Below are positions 23,555-26,719 of a stretch of DNA of 26,719 bases, piece by piece. How positions within the stretch are numbered: position 1 is the first letter of the stretch; every line of letters starts with the position of its first letter. Both the position numbers and the translations under genes were made by a program. The notes beneath the pieces were generated by a model, which was given only the letters and a program-made list of their open reading frames with translations, was not told the origin of the DNA and did no database searches. The stretch is from a virus (taxonomy: Duplodnaviria > Caudoviricetes). The stretch lies in the IMG/VR virus record IMGVR_UViG_3300006641_000147, positions 1 to 26,719 of that record; one strand, given 5' to 3'.

Positions 23555-23706
23555 AAAACAAAAACCCTCATGGGGAAAGGCTTTAGGCTTGGTTTGCCGC
23601 TACTTGGTTGGTCACGCCACCTTCCAAGTGCTTTGACGAAGCCCGCCCCCATGAGGGTTCGGATAATCGCAGGCGTGTGCTGTATCGGTTTACCAGGCCG
23701 ACACAG
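23555..23706 (-). ncRNA. c4-like antisense RNA with upstream a1/b1-like target hairpin
   Basis: 13-bp perfect outer stem AACCCTCATGGGG/CCCCATGAGGGTT followed by a U-tract. Internal unpaired segments GGCGTG and ACCAAGCC complement upstream CACGCC and GGCCTGGT. Confidence 0.6.
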
Positions 23707-23711
23707 TTCGT

Positions 23712-23741
23712 ACACTAGCCAAACGCTCCGCAGGCTGTCAA
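23712..23741 (-). promoter_or_regulatory. Putative sigma70 promoter driving the RNA-HNH cassette
   Basis: Consensus TTGACA (23741-23736, overlapping the terL stop codon), 18-nt spacer, TAGTGT (23717-23712). The first hairpin starts about 6 nt downstream. Confidence 0.65.
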
Positions 23742-25282
23742 GCAAACACGTCAAAGTCCGCACTGGCAGTGGTCTGATGAACCATCGGAGCGCCGGCCAT
23801 GTTGCTTTTCCGCACCATCCGGTTGTACTCGCCGCCACCCAGCATCAGGTAGCCAAAGCTGTCGCCAATGTGCGAGTGCTCGTTCTTGTTGGGTGCGTCT
23901 CTGAACCTTTCCTGGCCGGCACCGATGCTGATGCGCTTGAAGTGATACCCGCCTCCCAGAGCCTTTCTTAGGAGCTTGCAGGAGCGATTGACGATCAGCC
24001 CAGGCTTACCCATTACCAGCCTCTGCATGGGGCTTGCAGCGGCCTCTCGTCTGACCTTGAAGTCGTTGCTGGCAGTGGGTTGCGCCTTCAGTCCCAGGGT
24101 GCGCAGGAAGTCAAAGGAGGTCACCTCATAGATCGCGTCTCTCGCCATACCGGCTGGGTCACCCCAGAGCATGACTTGGTGGTTGGGGTATCGCTGGTTG
24201 AGCTCTGCTAGCAGCTGCAGACCGAACCGCTCGAGGCCCATGTCGAAGGTCACGATCTCGTGGTGGATCAGCCAGCGTCCGTTGGGCAGTCTCTGGCCGA
24301 TGGTGGCTGCAGGAGTGAGACCAAAGTCGAGGCCCACCTGGATGGGTACGCCAGGCTCGACCTCAGTCTCACCGCTCATGGTGGCGTCGTCGTACTCTGG
24401 CCAGACGGGTCTACCTTCCTGGACGTAGGTGTACTGTCCCGCGGCATAGCACCGGATCCAGTCCAGGTTCTTGCCCGGCAGCATCTGGTGGTAGTAGCCG
24501 GCAGGCAGGTTGTTGATGTTCTCTGCTGCAGGGTTGGTCTTCCACCACTTGCCGGCTGCCAGGATATGGTCGTTGGCCTCGGGGTTGTCCGGCAGGTCGT
24601 CTGCTGGCACTTCAATCACACCGCCTGGTTGCTTCCAGAACTTCCATCCTCGGGGCTTTTCCTTCTCGGCCATGTTGTGCCACCAGTGGTCGTCATCCAT
24701 CGGGTTGGTATCCATCCAGATGCCGTGCCAGGTGGCCCCGCCATCACGCTTGGTGGGATACCTGCCCACCCGGTGCGTGAGACCGTCTATTACCGCTTTG
24801 GGGAGCTCACGGGCCTCGTTGACCCATGCGCCTGTCAGTTCAAGTGAGAGCAGCTTTCTGACGTCCTTGGGCTGGTCGAGCGCCAGAAAGATGACCTCGC
24901 AGTCGATGCCGGCAGCATCACCGCGGGCGGGCAGCCGAATGTGATGGGTGATGGGTGGCGTCCAGAGCATGTTGCCGAACGTGCTCTCTGGGAACAGATC
25001 CAGCCAGGTCTTGATGGTCGTGGTCTTCAGCATGGGGTAGCTGTTCCTGACCACGGCCCAGCGCGAGTACCGGATGTTGTCGATGGGGGAGGGCTTTTGC
25101 TTGACCGCCTGGATGAAGATCTTGGCCGCGCAGGCGTAGCTCTTCCCGCTGCCCACCGGCCCCATGACACCGGCCACGAACTGCCGGGACTGGATGAAGT
25201 CGTAGACCACCGGGCTCTCGCTGAAGTCCAGCTTCAGTCCGGTGACGCCGACCTGCTTGGCGCTCTGTTCTTTAGTACGCAT
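23738..25282 (-). CDS. terL: Terminase large subunit
   Basis: Walker A 'GPVGSGKS', Walker B-like 'GAWVNEARE', motif III 'DTNP', nuclease 'GLDFG...GDPAG...SHIGDS'. Confidence 0.93.
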   Translation of the reverse strand: MRTKEQSAKQVGVTGLKLDFSESPVVYDFIQSRQFVAGVMGPVGSGKSYACAAKIFIQAVKQKPSPIDNIRYSRWAVVRNSYPMLKTTTIKTWLDLFPESTFGNMLWTPPITHHIRLPARGDAAGIDCEVIFLALDQPKDVRKLLSLELTGAWVNEARELPKAVIDGLTHRVGRYPTKRDGGATWHGIWMDTNPMDDDHWWHNMAEKEKPRGWKFWKQPGGVIEVPADDLPDNPEANDHILAAGKWWKTNPAAENINNLPAGYYHQMLPGKNLDWIRCYAAGQYTYVQEGRPVWPEYDDATMSGETEVEPGVPIQVGLDFGLTPAATIGQRLPNGRWLIHHEIVTFDMGLERFGLQLLAELNQRYPNHQVMLWGDPAGMARDAIYEVTSFDFLRTLGLKAQPTASNDFKVRREAAASPMQRLVMGKPGLIVNRSCKLLRKALGGGYHFKRISIGAGQERFRDAPNKNEHSHIGDSFGYLMLGGGEYNRMVRKSNMAGAPMVHQTTASADFDVFA

Positions 25283-25529
25283 TCTTGTCCTTCAGCTTTG
25301 CCTCGATGTCGCGGGCAAGATCCACGGCCTGGTCACGGTAGAGCATCGGCAGGCTGCCACGGATCTCTGTGTGGTCATCCACGATCTCGAGTATCTCCTG
25401 CGTCGTCAGTCCAAGCCATTGGCGCGAATGCTCGATGGCAGCGCGGAGAGCGGTTGCCGCCCGTAGTTGAATATCCGGGCTATCGGAATCCAACGCCTCC
25501 AGCGCCTGCTTCATTGCTTCGATGCTCAT
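25272..25529 (-). CDS. Hypothetical phage protein
   Basis: 85 aa. 'MSIEAMKQALEAL...WLGLT..EI...ARDIEAKLKDKN' is typical of small accessory phage genes. ATGA coupling. Confidence 0.75.
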   Translation of the reverse strand: MSIEAMKQALEALDSDSPDIQLRAATALRAAIEHSRQWLGLTTQEILEIVDDHTEIRGSLPMLYRDQAVDLARDIEAKLKDKNAY

Positions 25530-25741
25530 ATTTCACCTAGTGCTTTAGCGATGGCTGCTCTGGCTGCCACTACTACATCATCCGGCGCAAGCGTCTGCCA
25601 ACCGAGCATGTCTTCCAGCGCCTCCAGAAGATCAGGCGCGGCTGCGGCGAGAGTCCAGTCCTCCTGCGTAACCGGGCCTTGCAGATCCCAATCACCACCA
25701 CCAACGTAGACCATCTTCCACGGCCCCGGCGTATACCTCAT
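25526..25741 (-). CDS. Hypothetical phage protein
   Basis: 'TPGPW...AAAPDLLEAL...ARAAIAKA' is a common phage small-protein pattern. ATGA coupling. Confidence 0.8.
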   Translation of the reverse strand: MRYTPGPWKMVYVGGGDWDLQGPVTQEDWTLAAAAPDLLEALEDMLGWQTLAPDDVVVAARAAIAKALGEI

Positions 25742-26064
25742 CTCTCACCCCCAGATACCTTCAGTGTCTCAGCAGCATATTTGAAGTAGTTGTGGATCCC
25801 GCCAGCCCCGTTGTGCAGCGTCTCCAGTATCAGGATGCTTCGCTCACGCTCGTCCTTTACCGCCTCCCGCACCCTGACGCACGCAGGGCGAGGGCACTCA
25901 GCGTGGCAGGTGTGGATACCGTCGCTCTCCATGCGCTCACGCTCGGCAGCTGCAGCACGCTCTGCAAAGCGCATCAGAAAGGCCAGATCCTTCTCGGGCG
26001 TCTCCGACAGCTCCCAGAACGCTCCGGCATCCAGCGCCATCCGTAAGACCTCGTCCTTGCTCAT
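25738..26064 (-). CDS. Hypothetical phage protein (108 aa) with HxCHxxCxxxxC cluster
   Basis: Likely start ATG 26064 (MSKDEVLRMA) with AAGGAG SD and an ATGA overlap. Confidence 0.7.
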   Translation of the reverse strand: MSKDEVLRMALDAGAFWELSETPEKDLAFLMRFAERAAAAERERMESDGIHTCHAECPRPACVRVREAVKDERERSILILETLHNGAGGIHNYFKYAAETLKVSGGER

Positions 26065-26240
26065 TCCCGCTCCTTGAAGTCTCCGCATCTCTTCTTCCAC
26101 CCGTACATCCCTGTATGCGCCTGGTGCATCGTGATGGGCTTGTAGAACCGAGGCTTGTGTCCCAGCCTGCACATGTCCTTCACTTCCCAATACACCTCAT
26201 GCTTGAAATGCTTGCAGTCATGGCACCAAACCGTCTTCAT
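26061..26240 (-). CDS. 59-aa Cys4 putative zinc-binding protein (not in the ORF track)
   Basis: MKTVWCHDCKHFKHEVYWEVKDMCRLGHKPRFYKPITMHQAHTGMYGWKKRCGDFKERE. GGAG SD and ATGA overlaps on both sides. Confidence 0.7.
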   Translation of the reverse strand: MKTVWCHDCKHFKHEVYWEVKDMCRLGHKPRFYKPITMHQAHTGMYGWKKRCGDFKERE

Positions 26241-26428
26241 CTCTCCAGCCTCCCATTCGGGTCACCATCATTCTCAACCTGCAGCATCTCTGCCGGAACC
26301 TCGTAGGTCGACCACCGGTGCCCACACTCCACGCAATCCCTGAGACGCCACTTCCACCCATACCGGGTGTCCCTGCGGCTTTCCTTCACCTGCGACTTCC
26401 AGCTGCCGCACTCCACACACACACTCAT
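26237..26428 (-). CDS. NrdR-N-terminal-like zinc-ribbon protein
   Basis: 'CVECG....VKESR......RLRDCVECGHRWSTYE' mirrors the NrdR Zn ribbon (CPxC...VxDSR...RRRxCxxCxxRFTTxE) but has no ATP cone. Confidence 0.75.
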   Translation of the reverse strand: MSVCVECGSWKSQVKESRRDTRYGWKWRLRDCVECGHRWSTYEVPAEMLQVENDGDPNGRLER

Positions 26429-26719
26429 CCCTCCCCCCTGGGTGCCACCACGTTCACGTCAATCACCGAGGGCTTCTCATCGTCTTCAGGCCTGTCCAAG
26501 AGCCCCGATGCCTTGGCCAGCAGCCTGAGCACCTGAACCTTGTCGAAGAGCTCAATCTCAAGCGTCTGCTGCCCGTCCTTGCCCTTCGTCACCCTCACGT
26601 TCTTGATCGCCTGCAGCGCATGCTCCGGGATCCTGCCCGCCCCCTTAAACCTCACCGTGCCGTCATCATCCCAATCCATGATGTCCGTGATCTTCGTCTT
26701 CGCCATGCACAGCAACAGA
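26425..26719 (-). CDS. Terminase small subunit, C-terminal part (5' truncated)
   Basis: 'ITDIMDWDDDG...IPEHALQAIKNVRV...EIELFDKVQVLRLLAK' resembles TerS oligomerisation domains. Upstream of terL. Confidence 0.65.
   Translation of the reverse strand, partial: LLLCMAKTKITDIMDWDDDGTVRFKGAGRIPEHALQAIKNVRVTKGKDGQQTLEIELFDKVQVLRLLAKASGLLDRPEDDEKPSVIDVNVVAPRGEG

Overview
A 26.7-kb piece of a GC-rich tailed-phage (or prophage) genome with T7/BPP-1-like podovirus architecture. Almost all real genes are on the minus strand. In transcription order they are: partial terminase small subunit, five small accessory genes, terminase large subunit, a ~430-nt highly structured non-coding region followed by an HNH endonuclease, a cupin, small virion proteins, a three-gene head-spike/fibre module, portal, Bbp19-like protein, scaffold, major capsid, decoration protein, tail tubular A and B, four internal/ejection proteins, tail fibre plus tip protein, and a lysis cassette ending in a holin and a GH108 endolysin. 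A partial RecT-like recombinase converges from the plus strand. The most interesting items are (1) a promoter + c4-like antisense RNA + large unnamed structured RNA + HNH cassette downstream of terL, (2) a putative HhH-GPD DNA-glycosylase-like domain inside a probable injected virion protein, (3) a GTA-like head-spike base with an acidic 'LLEDG' adaptor whose motif recurs in the tail nozzle, and (4) a structured capsid mRNA leader. All family calls come from motif recognition by eye; no database searches were run.
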